This document shows, piece after piece, positions 47,416 through 60,972 of a stretch of 64,000 nucleotides of DNA. The position numbers were made by a program, and so were the translations under genes. Below the pieces are notes generated by a model that had not been told where the DNA came from, did no database searches, and saw nothing but the letters and a program-made list of their open reading frames with translations. Position 1 is the stretch's first letter. Every line of letters begins with the position of its first letter. This DNA comes from Plasmodiophora brassicae. Lineage: Eukaryota. The stretch is from assembly GCA_036867785.1 (NCBI GenBank), contig CP145411.1, forward strand, positions 558,001-622,000, in the 5' to 3' direction.

Positions 47416-48273
47416 GTGCAATGGGGCAGGCGTGCTGCCGTCACCTGTCGGTTCGGCACCCGGGCACGATCCGCCCGCCGCGAAAGGTCGTCCGCGTCGC
47501 GATGCACGCGTCCATGGTTGACCGACAGTAGGGTGAAACAGCCGGTGCATCGGGGGTGGCCCTGCCCGCAGGCGGCAGGAAGCGATGTTGCACGATGGAA
47601 GCGACGCGAGTGCCCGATCACGTTGCAGTCGTTCGACACGCTGCGCGACGCCGACGACATCGTCCTGACCTGGTGCTGTCGGGTGGTGATGAGCGGGCGG
47701 GCGCTGCTGCTCTGGATCACCGACCAGTACGGCGGGTCCTGCTGCCCGAACTGTCGTTCACAGGCGCTGATCCCGCAGGTACACCTCCCCGCCGTCCCCC
47801 CGCGCGTCTCTTCCTGCAATCGCGCAACGCTGACCGCCCCACCCCTCCAGTTGGTGGGCCCCAGCCCCGGCTTCTTCGAGGGCGCCCATGCGATCCACAT
47901 CCTGGCCAGCGAAGGGCGACAGCCGAACGCCATTCGCCACCTGATATCGGTAGTACTACTGGGACCCATGACGTGCAACGGTGCCATGATTCAGATACGG
48001 GTGCAGGACGCGCCTTCGTCGATACGCGCGAGGGACTGTCGCGGTCGTGCCCCGTTGCACATCGCGTGTCGCGCTGGGCACCTCGACGTCGTTCGCCTGC
48101 TGTGCGAAGCAGGCGCCAACCCGAACGACGTGGACCGGACCGGGGAGACCGTCCTGGGTCACGCGCAGGCGTCCGGCAACGACAACGTCGTCAACCTCGT
48201 CAGGAAGGCGGGTGGCACAGCGCGAGCCCGTCGCCGACGAACACGCCGGGCAACGACGACGCTGGCGGGCTGA
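47416..48273 (+). CDS. Degenerate RING/U-box-like + ankyrin repeat protein (start uncertain)
   Basis: CPITLQSF...WCC...ALLLWI...CPNCRS, plus ankyrin repeats GRAPLHIACRAGHLDVVRLLCEAGANPNDVDRTGETVL. Confidence 0.65.
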   Translation: MQWGRRAAVTCRFGTRARSARRERSSASRCTRPWLTDSRVKQPVHRGWPCPQAAGSDVARWKRRECPITLQSFDTLRDADDIVLTWCCRVVMSGRALLLWITDQYGGSCCPNCRSQALIPQVHLPAVPPRVSSCNRATLTAPPLQLVGPSPGFFEGAHAIHILASEGRQPNAIRHLISVVLLGPMTCNGAMIQIRVQDAPSSIRARDCRGRAPLHIACRAGHLDVVRLLCEAGANPNDVDRTGETVLGHAQASGNDNVVNLVRKAGGTARARRRRTRRATTTLAG

Positions 48274-48381
48274 GGCGGCGATCGTCATATCTAAACGGGG
48301 AAGCGGGGGGTCAGATTCACACCTGGCTGGGGGTCAGTGGCACGCGATCGCGTTGGCTGTAGGGGGACGAGCGAGCGCGTC

Positions 48382-50847
48382 ATGCCGCCGCTGGTGGGCG
48401 ACCTGGTTCGCAGTCTGACACTGGACCAGGGCATTGGCGCCATCGACGTGTCGCCCGATGAGCTGCGCCTGGCGACCTGCCTGGGCAGGTCCTGCATCGT
48501 CTGGACCTGCCACCGCCTGCAGATCGTCGCCCGGCTGAACCGCCGCCCTGCCTGCGTCCACACGAAGAAGATCCGCATCGTGCGCTTCACGAACGTGGAG
48601 GACCACGTGATCACGATCTGCAACGACCACGTCATCGCGGTCTGGAGCCTGGGGTCGGGCCCGCACCCACAACCCGTGCACGTCCTGCAAGGTGCGACGC
48701 GCGCCCGGCATGGCCGGCGAACCTAACCGCGTCCTTAGGGCAGCGCGGTGCCATATACGACTGCCTGTTCAGCGCCGATGGGAACACGTTGTTCACAACG
48801 GGTGGCGACGGCCGGGTTCGCCTGTGGGACTGGAAGAACGGCCAGGAGCTGGCCAGCGCCATCTCGGAAACCTGCCAGATTCGGTCGATCGGTTGGTGCT
48901 GGGCTCTCCACAGAGGGCCCTGCCGTCGTTGCTGACACGCGCGCAGCGATGAACGCCACGATCGGGCGCCTCGCGTGCGCCATGTCGAACGGGTGCGTCA
49001 GCGTATGGGATCTCGACAACCAGGCCCGCCTGTGCTGCATCGAGGTATGTGAGGCGGCGGCGGCGCCTGGTCGTTGCTGACGATGGGTCAGGCGGATCCG
49101 GACTGGGCCCGGTCACAACTGGGCACGGCGACCAGGTCGGCGTGGTTGGACACCTCCAGGTCCCATAGCGGTCCAGTGCTGGCGGCAGCGTTATCCCCCA
49201 ACGCTGCGTTCCTGGCCACAGGCGCCGCTGACGCCACCGTCAAACTCTGGTCGGCGTTGTCGTTCAAATCCGACCAAGGTCAGGCGACCACCGCCAGCGA
49301 GGCGATCCCCAAATGACGACCGCCACACAGGGTCGGTGGACGCCCAGCGCTCGTCCCGGAAGCAGGCCAAGAGCACGGTCCAGCTCAAGGAATCCGTCGA
49401 GTCGACAATGGACGACCTGGTCAACGGGACGGGTCGGTGCGGCGTGCCCCCCGGCAGACGATGACCCGCAGCGTCTAACGCGATTGCCAGAATCGCCGAT
49501 CACGATCGGGTTCCACCCGACGGTCCTCTACACGTTCCGGCACGAGGCACCCGTTGACCGCGTCCTGTTCTCGCGCGACTCCCAGTACGTCTTCTCGTGT
49601 GCCCGCGATTGCACCGTCAAGGTGGGCCGCCATGTCTCGCCTGCTGCCAGGCGGTGCACGATCCCCGTTTGACGATCGCAGGTCTGGTCGACGAGCACGG
49701 GGCAGCAGGCGTTCCAGATCAACCTGCCGAGTCCGGCGAGCGACCTCATCCTGACGGAGGGATGGGCCGAGTCGCCGGGTACTCTCGGGCGCCTGTTCGT
49801 GGCGATCCACAACCGGGTCGTCGTCCTGGACGTGGCCGTCGAGGGCACCGCCGCGCGCACGACTCCCGAGCACGTCCACAAACGCGTCCACGAGCAGGGC
49901 CTCGGTGCAACGACCTGGCCACCATCGTCGGTGCAGACAGTCGATGCCGACGAACGCGTCGATCTGGACCGGTTCGCGACGAACGGGCTCACAAAGCAGG
50001 TACGCGCTCGGGCATACGCTCGGGGGGCGGAAGCGTCGCTCGTTGACAGCATTCGGACAGGACCTCAGGCGTGCCATCGCCCATCGTTACGTGAAATCGC
50101 ACGAGATGCTGACCGCCCTGCAGGCCCTGATGGTCAACGACAAGGACGTCCGCCCCATGCACCTGAAGACGAACATGGTCGGCAGGCGGGTGGCGTTGCA
50201 ACGCGCCTGATCAGGGGCCTGACAGCGCGTGTGCCCACAGGCGAAGCATTCGTTCGCGGATCTCGACGTCCTGCGCGCCATCGCGACGACGACGAACTTC
50301 CGGTTCCAGGACGTGATCCTGGCGCTGTCGCGGTCGGGCGAGCTGACCGATCGGGCCGGCGCCGCCGTTCGCAACGGGCTGTCGCTGGACAACGTTCTGC
50401 TGGAGATGGGGTTCACCATGGACGCCAGCGATGTCCTCCTGCACCTGGACCGTGCCCAGCTAGCGTCCCTGTTCCGGCTGGGGCCCCGTTCGTCGCGATC
50501 CCATCGGGTCAGGCACTGGGAGACGGCCCAATACCTGGAACTCATTCCGCGATCGGTAGGCGATAGAGCTGACGTACAAGGAGAGGACGGCGAGGCGAGC
50601 GGTGCCGACGACGGCGCCCGTCGAGACGTCTGCCGGTGCGGACGCCCTGCAGGTTGCAACGCGGGCACCACCAGCAGCATCGCCTGCCACCAGGCAGAAG
50701 AAGCCCAGCGGCGGCGGCGGCGCCGACCACGTCAAGGTCGGCGGGATCACCAGCGGGTTCGGCAGCCCTCGCGGCCTGATCCGCCAGGGGCACCTGCTCC
50801 CAGGTGAGGCCCTCCTCCCCCTGCACCGCCACCAGTTGCCTCGCTGA
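48382..50847 (+). CDS. WD40-repeat protein, multi-exon (3' end uncertain)
   Basis: LFTTGGDGRVRLWD, SHSGPVLAAALSPNAAFLATGAADATVKLWS and HEAPVDRVLFSRDSQYVFSCARDCTVKVWS. Confidence 0.75.
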
Positions 50848-51404
50848 ACGCCCGCCCGCAGCCCTGGCAGGAACGCTGGAGGACAGCAACGCGGTGGACG
50901 AGGACGAGTTGCCACCGGTGGTAACGACAGGCGGCACCACCGCCAGGCGACACATATCCTGACAGTGTCGTGCACCGCAGGCCGGCGCCATCTCGATCGC
51001 GCCCCGGCAGCCGGGCGCCGTCGTCGTCGTCACGAACGGCCAGCGCCTGTTCATTCGGTCGCGCGTGAAACCGCCGCGAGCCGCGATCGCGCCGATGCTG
51101 CCATGCGCGTCGCCGGCCGTCTTCGACCCTGTCGTCCTGCCGCGACACGCTGGGCGCCGGTACTGTAGACCAGCAACAAGGAAGACGCCTGCCTTCCGGT
51201 CCGAGTTCGCACAGGTCGGGGTCGATCGACAACCCCGAGGTCGCCGCCCATTTGACCCATGCTGGCCAACAGGTCGCACACAACCAGACGCCGCGTTCGC
51301 CGCCGGATCTCGAACCGACAGGAACGGCGATAACGAAACGTGTCGACGAGCATCGATAAATGACAGACGATAACGAAACGACGTTGCGCGTGAGTTCACT
51401 GTGG

Positions 51405-52178
51405 CTACTGAACGCGACCGTCGTTGCGGTCCATCCTGTCCTGGCAGTGGAAGTGCATGCCACGGTCGCTGGCAAGAATGCAGTACCGCTGGCAGCTGGC
51501 ACACTTTGGGATCCGTCCTTCGCCGCACATCTGCTCGAAGACGGGCCGCATCTCGATGTAGGTGCGTTCGCCCAGCAGGTAGTTGCCATCCTTGTCCTCG
51601 CGAAGCCACCTCCTCATGATGAGGTCGTTGACAACGCGCTCCACGTCCTGCGCTGACAACCGGCAGGCCATGATGGCCGATTCACTGGACTGACGCAGGT
51701 CCAGGATCGATGCCTTCGGCAACGACCCACCCGCGTCTACGATCGCGTGCACAACCGCCCGGAAGAACTCGAGCTCCTTCTGCTCGAAATGTAGCGACAT
51801 CTTGGCGATCTCGTCCTGCACAGCGCATCCATCAGTCACCGCAATACGATCGGGGGCGCGGGCGCGCATTCGCCGACGTTCGACGTTGTGGCGAGGGCCC
51901 AGTAGACGTGCCCATTGACCTCTGACACGCTCGCCCGAATCGCCATGTTCATGACCTGAAGGTCCTACACGCGCGCGATTCGTCAGGTCGGCCACCAGGG
52001 GCGGAAGACGCGCGCGACGAACGCGATTGATGGCGCCGATGGCGTCCTTCCATCCGTCGGCGGACGCAGGCGACGCGAACATCTCCAGGATCAGCTTGTA
52101 CTCCTTCTTGACATGGAGCTCGCGGGCCACGCCCACCGTCATGAAGTACTGGGCGAACGCCCGCCGCACGGCGTCCAT
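51405..52178 (-). CDS. NSE1: SMC5/6 complex subunit Nse1-like
   Basis: RRAFAQYFM, ELEFFRAVVHAIV, ERVVNDLIMRRWL, YLLGERTYIEM and CASC...MHFHC. Confidence 0.75.
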   Translation of the reverse strand: MDAVRRAFAQYFMTVGVARELHVKKEYKLILEMFASPASADGWKDAIGAINRVRRARLPPLVADLTNRARVGPSGHEHGDSGERVRGQWARLLGPRHNVERRRMRARAPDRIAVTDGCAVQDEIAKMSLHFEQKELEFFRAVVHAIVDAGGSLPKASILDLRQSSESAIMACRLSAQDVERVVNDLIMRRWLREDKDGNYLLGERTYIEMRPVFEQMCGEGRIPKCASCQRYCILASDRGMHFHCQDRMDRNDGRVQ

Positions 52179-52357
52179 CGCGGCGCCGACGCGAACCCGC
52201 CTTGGTCGAACTGCGCACCAATCCGGGCGCGTCTCGAACCGCACCGGCGCCGCACGACGACCGCTAGCTATACCTCACTGTCGACGCGCGCTATCGTTCT
52301 GCTGGCACCGATAGAGGAAGGGACACGTGCGGACGGTGCCGGCAACGTCGTCGTCTA

Positions 52358-54660
52358 TTAGTCGAGGATCCGGGCCAGGTAGCGGAACAGCGCCCCGCGG
52401 TTCTGCACCTGGACCGAGACGCGCCCGTATCGGGCGGCAACGCTGACGCGATGCCCCCGGAACTCACTCTGGAGCACAATGTTGCCGAGCAGGGCCCCGT
52501 CCAGCGCGTCGCGCAACCCCGACAGGGAATCGATAGGGACCTACGACACAAGGTGGGGGTTAGCGAACGTTGTTGCCTGACGAGGTGGTTGGGATCCGGT
52601 GAACAGACCGCATGCGAATGGAGCAGCGCCCTGAATGTCGACGGCGGAATGAGTCGAATTCTCTCATCCGGGTTCATATGAGGGAGCACATGAGGGAGAC
52701 CTTCCCAGCAGATCCGGAAATCGTCCAGGGACGAATCCTTCCTGCAGGTTCGTTCGAACACGCGAACGCCCGAATGCATCAACCCTGGTACCGGATTGTT
52801 GTAAGGACGGTCTGGGTCATGCGCAGTCTGGACGACTCTCACCTTCGGTTTCAGTGTGGAACCTGGTCTTCTCCAAAGCCTGGGGCGACAGCATGTACAC
52901 CTTGGATCGCCGGCCACTCTCTCCTCCATCATCACGTTTCAGCACGTGAAGCAGATTCATCGGGAACGTATCTGCTAACGACATAGACGAACGCAGAGTT
53001 TCTGCGTTGTCGTTTCAGTAACCTGGGTCGTTGATATCATCGACGGATTGGGTGTACCTGCCATTTCTCGACCCCCGTCGACCTCCAGCAACGGCGTGAA
53101 GGTACAATCGCTACGCAGAGGCATCAATAAAGGTGTCGCCATGTGACACTGGCAGCCAAACGCGTACTTTGAACCCCGGATAGTGCTTGTCACGACAGGG
53201 GCATCAGCCAACGGCGAGCATGTAGGCACGCGCTGAAAGACAGCAACGAAGAATCCACCTAGCCCATCAACCGGTTAGATGAACCCGACCACTTACGCTG
53301 CGAGACTCATGCACCCGAATCATTCAGGTGAGGCACGAAACGCATGGCCCGGCTCAACTCAAGGCTGCTGTCATGCAAGGGAAAGACTGAGGAAGGACAG
53401 TTGCCTCCAAACCCAGCATCCTTGGCAGATTGCACGTCTTTAAAGGAGCTCAGCTTTGTACACGATTTTGTTGCGGCCATGACCTCCCACTGCAACAACC
53501 TTGTCAAAGCGCATTCGTCTACACAGTTGGTCGCCGACGAACAGAGGACAGCCCGGGAGATCGATGCAATCCGTTAAGCGTCTTGGACATGTCGACGAGC
53601 TCGATAGCGCTTCCGAACTCGCGAAGAAGATACTGCACGACAGCCTCGTTCTCAACCGGGTTCAGCGAACAAGTCGAATACACCATACGGCCACCTGACG
53701 GGCGATGTAAGAGCAAATTTAACTATTGCGACAGATGTCGTATACCAGGCTTAGTCAGTTGAAAAGCACGCGCCGCGATCTTGATTTGCAGGCAGTGCAA
53801 ATTGGTCCCCGATGTGCTCTTCCACCGTGACATCATCTTGGGCGACTTTCGAATAGTGCCTACGACCACTGTCACAAAAGGCACGATCCCAAAGGACTCA
53901 AGGAACGGTCACCGTCGCCAGTGCATGGAGCGTCACAAAGAACCCGGTCGAACAAAGTGTTAGTCGGGAAGCATGTTGCATCACAGCGCGTCATGACTAG
54001 GGCAGAACTTCCAGTGCACTTCAAGCGGTTCAGCGTCAACTGGCAACGATTGGCGTCGATATCATTGGCAACAACGACACCGTCGTCAGCAAAAGGCAAT
54101 CCAGTCGTCCGTTCGCGAACCAATTGTAGCAACTGAGACGTCTTCGAACCTGGTAACGGTCAGATTAGGACAACAAATGCAGAAGCTGAAACAGAAACGC
54201 ACCTGGAGCGGCGCACATGTCGAGAATGGATTGAATGGCGCCATCACCGGTAGGCTCACATAACATTAGAGCAGGAATCATGCTGTTCCAAACGATAAGG
54301 AAGGGCACACAGAGGATTAAACTTGAGCTTCCCGTACCTAACGAGCTCTTGCCGGACGATCAAGCCAGATTCAGTGGCAGCCAAAAGGAAACCTTTGAAT
54401 TCAGGTGACCATTCCTCTCGGCGCGTCACGACTTTCCAGGCCGACCCATCCGGATACCAATCCAGACAGTGCACCTCCGGGAACGCTCCATCACGCAACC
54501 GGTCTTGCAAATGCAGACCCAGCCCTCCAGCAAATTGCCGCGTCACAGTGAACGTTATTGGCAACGGCCGCTCCAGCGCATCGGTGAAGTCGCCCCACTG
54601 CTCCTCATCGACGATGCGCTGGGCAGAGTAGTACTGCACGAAGGCCTGCTTTCCGCGCAT
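52358..54660 (-). CDS. NSUN2: tRNA (cytosine-5)-methyltransferase NSUN2/Trm4-like, multi-exon
   Basis: FVQYYSAQRIV...LERPLPITF, LIVRQELV, ILDMCAAPGSKTSQL, VVANDID, FDRVLCDAPCTGDG and GGRMVYSTCSLNPVENEAVV. Confidence 0.88.
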
Positions 54661-55163
54661 AGCCGCACGCAATCTGCGGAGTCCGTCGTGCGGATCCGAA
54701 GCTACGTACGCATCGTGAGCGCCGGATCGAAATGATGATACTGATCCGATGGAGATTGTTCATCAGACCTTTTGATGCTGAAAATGTGGGGTATTGACGA
54801 TAGCAGGTGCCTCATGGTGTTGAGCGGCGATTGGCTTCGTTGTCACGGTAAGGTCCCGTCAGTCACAGCCTTGGGCGGGGCATGGTCCCCCGTCAAATCA
54901 GACTTTACGTATATGGGGGCATCGGTGAGGTTGATGACGTTTGTTTTCTACCGGCATGGTTCCCGGCTGTGCCAGGCCGGTTCGAATGCGAACGCACTGA
55001 TCACTGCATGGGGCTGCTTCCGGTGGACAGAGAAGGTACATCTGCGTGCGAAGATGCCGGTCGCTTCTTGACGTGCCTGGGGACCCAGGCGTACCGCAGC
55101 CCACAGCGATCGTAAGCCACAAACGGCGTGTCGAAACGTGCTCTTGAATTTTACTATTCCATT

Positions 55164-57237
55164 CTACGTGTAGGCTTTCAGTGCGTACTCAATTTGGGTG
55201 ACGACAGATGGCTCGGGGGAGACACCGGTTTTGACAGCATGGATTATTTCGCGAACGAGTTTCCAGTCCATAATGCGGGGCAGATATAGCAGAAGCAGGA
55301 AATCAGAGAACTTGACCTGTTCAGTAATCGTTAGCGGGTACACGTAGAACCTGGAAAGTATACCCACATGGATAGGCTCTCTGGCGTGACGCTGAAGATG
55401 AGCTGCAACGTGTACATCGGTACCGTCAAATGGGAAATGCTACCTCATGTTAAAACGACATACAGCAAACAAAACGATTTGCAAACCTGATATTTGAACA
55501 TTGGCTGGGGGTTGAATGGTTGCATCGGGATCACCTTAACCAGCAGCTCATCGGGCAGCAAATCTTCACCGGGTTTAAGCATCCGGTTCTTGTATATGAT
55601 TGAGGCAAGGAGATCGCCTTTCTAATGGACTCTTTGTGATTAGCAGTCGACAACATCAGCTAGAAGCAAACCTTTGGCATCTTCGGTCGAATAAACCCGA
55701 TCGACGAGCCTTCCTCAATTAAGCCATCTCGCTCCAACGCAACACCTGGCAGCACACCTCCATAAGAGAACCTCAAACACCAGCCGAACGGAGCTACCTT
55801 GATCTGATATTTGATACGCTTTCGGTTCAATGTTTCCTTGCTCGTTGTGTTGAATCACCATCGTCACGAACCTCGAATGCCCTAGTTCCGCGTTACTGCC
55901 AAACCTAAACGGGATTACAATTAGTACGCAGAAGAATGCGGCCACGTAAGGCACAGTTTACTTGAGCTGAAAGCGAGCTGCCTGACGAACTTCGCGTCCA
56001 GAGAGGAACACGTCACCTCCTGACAGAGAAGACATGTAAGATTTAGGCGAAAAAGACAACGATTGCTTCTGACCATATTCCTTGCCACCACGAGGCAGCG
56101 TCGTGATCGCCCACCCTACCGGTTCAAGGCCTAGCTCAGCAACAACTTTGAGAACATTTGCTTCTTGTGTGTCGCGGAGCAAATTCACTCCATCCGGCAA
56201 AGACTCCTGAGGTGGTTTGTAAAGGCACTCCACCTCAGCACGAATTGCTCCAAAGTTTCCCGTCGTAGTCGGCTCGTCGATAAAACGTCCGAATAGAATC
56301 GCGGCCTGCTGGAGGCCAGGGTTCGCATTCCAACCGGCTATAAACTTCTCACCAGCAGCGGTGTTCTTGAACGATATTCCATCGCAGTGCCTGTACTTTT
56401 GCAGGTGCAGAACGGCATTCGGAGGAGCACACTTGCCACAGACGCCGTGTGGCCAAGGTCCTGAGAGACAAATCAATGGAACGTCATGGGGAACCTGATT
56501 ACAGAATCGAACGATGGCCACGGTCGCACTTGGACTTGCCGCTATATTCGAGCTTTGGCGGTGGAGCACAGTTGGGACACACTGTTGACGCAGAGTGCTT
56601 ATAACCGCAGATGGCCCGACGCTCTTTCATGAACTGCGCATATGGAATGATGTCGACCTTCAGAGGCTTGGATGGATCAATGTCGTTCGTCGCAGGTGCA
56701 GCAGACTCCGGTGACGGTTCTTCAGGAGGAAGACACTTCGGGCAGAAGGCAGTCGGTGGATGCGTGCAAAGCCACGAAGCAAGGGGCGCATCTGCCGCGG
56801 GTTTCGACAAGCAGTGCAGGCATCGCCCCTTCGGGCCATGTTGGCACTCAGGAGTCAGTTTGAACGATGGCTTCTGGTTGGATGCGGCGACAATATCAGG
56901 ATCGGGCGACAGATACAGCATCGTTCCATGAACAATGGAAATTGATCCCAATGGGGTAGACGGGTCCACAGATAGAACCTGGCAAAACCAAATTAGGCAC
57001 GATTTGATGGTAGACGCGTACTGTACCTCTGGGTCATGCAAAGGCCGCCTTGACAGGCGGAACTTCCCGAGCGGCATATCGAATTTCAACGCCGTCTATA
57101 CAGGCGGTGTTTACGATTGGCAGAACCGAACCGGCTACGCTTCTGACCTGCCGCAATAGATCATCCCATGTTGACGTCACGCCTCCCGGCAACTGGATGC
57201 GTTTCAGCCCGCTGGCACCCTGGACTCGTACGATCAT
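55164..57237 (-). CDS. NPL4: Nuclear protein localization 4 (Cdc48/p97 cofactor), multi-exon
   Basis: MIVRVQGASGLKRI, CQHGPKGRCLHC, HRPWPHGVCGKCAPP..LQKYRHCD, YKPPQE, FLSGREV, SRFVTMV, AYQISDQG and FSDFLLLLYL. Confidence 0.92.
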
Positions 57238-57495
57238 GACGGGCAACCCGTCGCGACAAAATTGCCCAGAATGAATGCGCACGCCCGGCCTGCCTGGTCC
57301 ACGGGGTCCGTCTACCTGCACCAAGGGTATGTGGAGGACCACATACGTAGCCCATTGGCGATTGAAACCGCAGTCCACAGTCGTTATCTGGCCATTGGCA
57401 GACACCATCGCCAGTGCAGGTGGGGTGGGGAGCCCCCCAAGCGTCGTGTTGCGCTGGATGCGGTATGACCGTGTATTATAAGTACGATTCAGATT

Positions 57496-57974
57496 CTACG
57501 ATTCATTAGCAGATGCAGTACGGCGGCCTAGTTTCTCGGAAACAGCGTCGAAAATCTGCAGAGCAGTTGGAACGCCTTCCATCGTGATCGATTCATGCTG
57601 CCCATTATCTGCGACACAGTTAGCGGATCAGCACGTGCCCGTCGTACGACCAGTCTGCGCCTCACTGAATTCCGCAATGATCTCGGGAACAGCCACGTCC
57701 TTGCTTTTCGTTCTCGTCCACTTGATGTGCGTGTTGTGAAACTGGAGCACAGGTAAATAATCACGGACGAATATCCTGCACCGACACGTTATACGGCGGG
57801 ACTCTGACACAAACGACGGTCCAAACGGTACCGAGGAGCAGCGGCCCTGATGCCCGCAGGCCACTTGACGGCGATGCTGCGGATTGTCGGGTTCAGCTCG
57901 CGCTTCCAGTCGCGAAGATACTCTTGGAACTGCACATGCGACATACGCTGGATCGGCATCAAACGTCGAGACAT
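57496..57974 (-). CDS. Mitochondrial ribosomal protein mS25-like (L51/S25/CI-B8 domain)
   Basis: Spliced ...AAAPRIFVRDYLPVLQFHNTHIK...PEIIAEF.NGQHESITMEG resembles the R.F+...LP.L++.NP motif of this family. Confidence 0.6.
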
Positions 57975-58073
57975 TTCCCGAGGTGGCGGCGCGGCGGGTG
58001 GGGCGACGGGGACACCGTCAGCGGACGTCGGACTATTGTGCGGGACGCCGCTTCAGTCACCTGAGTAGTACCA

Positions 58074-58587
58074 ATGGAGGTCATCAGGCGGGTGTGGACC
58101 TATGAGCCCCATGCCCTGGAGCGAGACGGCGTCCGCGAGTGCAGGCGATTGGTGGCGCGTTACGCCGCGCTCGGCACGGGGCTGGGGCTCGCAGGTGTCG
58201 GCGTTGCTATGGGTAGTGGAATCTGTCTGGCATGGATGCGTTTCCCTGCACCGTTGTGACGCTGCTGTCAACGCAGGTGGACTGGCTCGTCGCGGGGCGA
58301 TGATATCGCTGTTGCAAAAGGTGGCGCTGTTTGCTGGCGGTGGAGCCAGCGGACTGGGAATCAGCCTGGCGCTAAGCATCCGGCCTTGCATGGATATCGT
58401 TCTGACGATGGATCGCGAAGCACCGCTCCGAAAAGAACTTGGGCATGTGTACGGTGTCAACCATGCCCGTAATCATTGTGAAGCTTGACGATTCACTTCC
58501 CGCAGGATACTTCAATGGAACCCAGCCATGGCCAACGAGGCGGTGGCGCGGCAGGCGGCTAAGATGTCGCAAGCGCGGTCAGAGTAG
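58074..58587 (+). CDS. Small Gly-rich membrane protein of unknown function
   Basis: Three-exon model with GT-AG introns giving two Gly/Ala-rich TM-like segments. Confidence 0.5.
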
Positions 58588-58764
58588 CGTCAGGCGGGAT
58601 ATAAATGCGTTCGTGGAATGGTCCCCATACTATACATATGGCTTGCAGTATTGACAGGACAGTAGTAGCGAGGGTTGGTGACCGCATTTAGCTGGGGCCA
58701 CCCGGGTAACGGATCTTGTCGCTGCTCTATTATTCCTGCCACGACATCCAATGCAGGAAGAGCG

Positions 58765-59181
58765 ATGGAAGTTGCAACGATAGACGCATACCCTGTCTTC
58801 AGCGTCCGATTCACACAGCATGGTCAATTGGCGACCGCCACAAGGAGACGGGTATGTACCTACATATGTCGCGGTCTCGCGGATCCCCGCAGACCGATGC
58901 TGTTGCGCATGGCCTTCCACCGCTGCCAGATCCGCTTCCTAACCAAACGACCGTCGCTCGATGACGTTCTTGCCGACCCTGCGTTCAAGACTATGACCAG
59001 CGAGGAGCGAGCTGCCCTGTTAACACCCCCTCCTCCGCGTATCGACCCTAAGCACCAAGCGGTTGTGCACAGCGCTCTCGACCTGGAGTCGAAACAACGA
59101 CAGAACGCCGCACGAGACGCAGCTAGACAGCGGTACCTTCAGTATCTGGGCAACGTCATGGAATCGACCGAACCCGAATAA
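58765..59181 (+). CDS. Small hypothetical protein
   Basis: Coding-like ORF ending SLDDVLADPAFKTMTSEER...QRYLQYLGNVMESTEPE*. Start uncertain. Confidence 0.4.
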   Translation: MEVATIDAYPVFSVRFTQHGQLATATRRRVCTYICRGLADPRRPMLLRMAFHRCQIRFLTKRPSLDDVLADPAFKTMTSEERAALLTPPPPRIDPKHQAVVHSALDLESKQRQNAARDAARQRYLQYLGNVMESTEPE

Positions 59182-59400
59182 CAACCACTTCTGTTCTGTT
59201 ACTGCTCTATACGGTGATGAACTTTCACATATCGTATAACAGATTCGTTGAACGAATCATTCCGGTGATCTTCATTTGCAAGCCGGGAAGGAGGGCCGCG
59301 CATGTCAGTGCTCTATCAGTACCAGACAGAATCTGGCTGCCAGGTCGTGTCGGTATCGTAACTTTATTGGTATCGGAGATTCGTGCGGACCAGAGGCGCC

Positions 59401-60734
59401 ATGCTGGACGCCCAGGCGATCGCCGGTGTGGCGCTATGCATCTTGGTACGCCAACGCGGGCTCGACCCTGCGTCTATGGATGTGCCTGATCGACGCCGTC
59501 TGGCTTGTCAGGGCGGCATTGTCGATAACACGGGCGTGACGATCCAGAAGATATCGCATCGAAGGAACCAGCCTGGACCGTATTGGCTAAAGCCACTATG
59601 GCTTGCCGGGGTTTCAATGTACCTTCTTGGTAACATCTGCAATGCGGTATGCTGTTGGTCTGTCAGTCATCAACAACCATCAAGTTGATCTCCATTCTGG
59701 ATAGCTGGGACTGTCTCTGGCGCCTCAGTCTGACGTTGCTGCCGTTGGATCGTTGACGCTTGTCTGGAACGCCAGGTATTGTATATTCATTTACGTGCAT
59801 CGTAATTGATGCGCTAACGGCTTTTCGTTTCAGCAATTCGTACTGCCTGTTGAATGAGCCGTTGAATAGGACTATAGTCCTGGGCATTGCGATTGTTGTG
59901 TTCGGGTCCCTTGGTGGTCTTGCGTTTGGCTCTCCCGCGCCCGCCGTATCGCTGTTTGAGCTCAGCACCGAGGGGATTATTTATCTGTGTACGGTAGCTG
60001 TACTGTTACTCACTTTCGTCTTGGTCGTCCGGGCCGTCCAGCGTCAAGAACTTGATTCCACGCCTGATGAGTATCTTCGAATGCGTTCAGTTACCGACCC
60101 TCTGCTATCGGTCAGCTCATCAGGCCCATTCGTGGATATGCCACCTGAAGATGACGCTAAGGTTCGGCTTCCACGATCGGCGTCAGCAGCATTCGACCGT
60201 GAAGTTTTCCTATCGGTAGCGTTACCTGCGTGTACAGGTATTCTGGGGTCCTTCACAGTCTTATTTGCAAGTAAGGCATCGCCAGTTATTCACCTACGTT
60301 TCCGGTTGCTGATTGTTTCGAAGAGGCGACTTCTTTGTTGGTACGCGAGAGCTTCACTCCTGGGGAGCCCAACTATTTCACGAGCCCGCCTTTGTACATA
60401 ACGACGCTTGCAATGATCTGCATTGGCTCCTGCCAAGTCCACTGGCTGAATATCGCTCTGCGGGCCTACGATCAAGTCGTCGTCGTTCCAGTATTTGCTA
60501 TCACTTTGGAAGCGTTTAACGTCCTCGGTGGCCTGATTGTCTATCACGATGGGGCATCCCTATCCACCGCTCAACTACTATTGTTCATTCTTGGTGTCGT
60601 GGTTGGTGCGTCCTCTGTAACCTTCAATGCTTATGTTTACTGAGACTCTCTTGTAGGTGTCGTTTGTTGGTGTTGCTGTTATAGTTTTTGGCCTGTATGA
60701 TCAGCGCAGGAAACAGCTAATAAGGCCAATATAA
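59401..60734 (+). CDS. NIPA-family (DUF803) magnesium transporter-like, multi-exon
   Basis: GVTIQKISH, YWLKPLWLAGVSMYLLGNI, GSLTLVWN, LLNEPL and QVHWLNIALRAYDQVVVVPVF. Confidence 0.85.
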
Positions 60735-60972
60735 TTATTGTGCTTCCCGTTGCACCCTACGGTCACATATCACGTACACGTCTGAACCAGTAGTGTAGCC
60801 GCGAAGGTCCAGTTCCCAAACACTTCTTGATGTGACTGAACGGTGATTCACGCTGCATGGCTGGTGACAGTATGGGATCTGTGGTGACTCACACTGGGCA
60901 GCTACTGTCGTCCGTGGGAATATCAAAGCTTCATCGGCCACATCTTAAAGACATTTTCGTTACGACATCACG

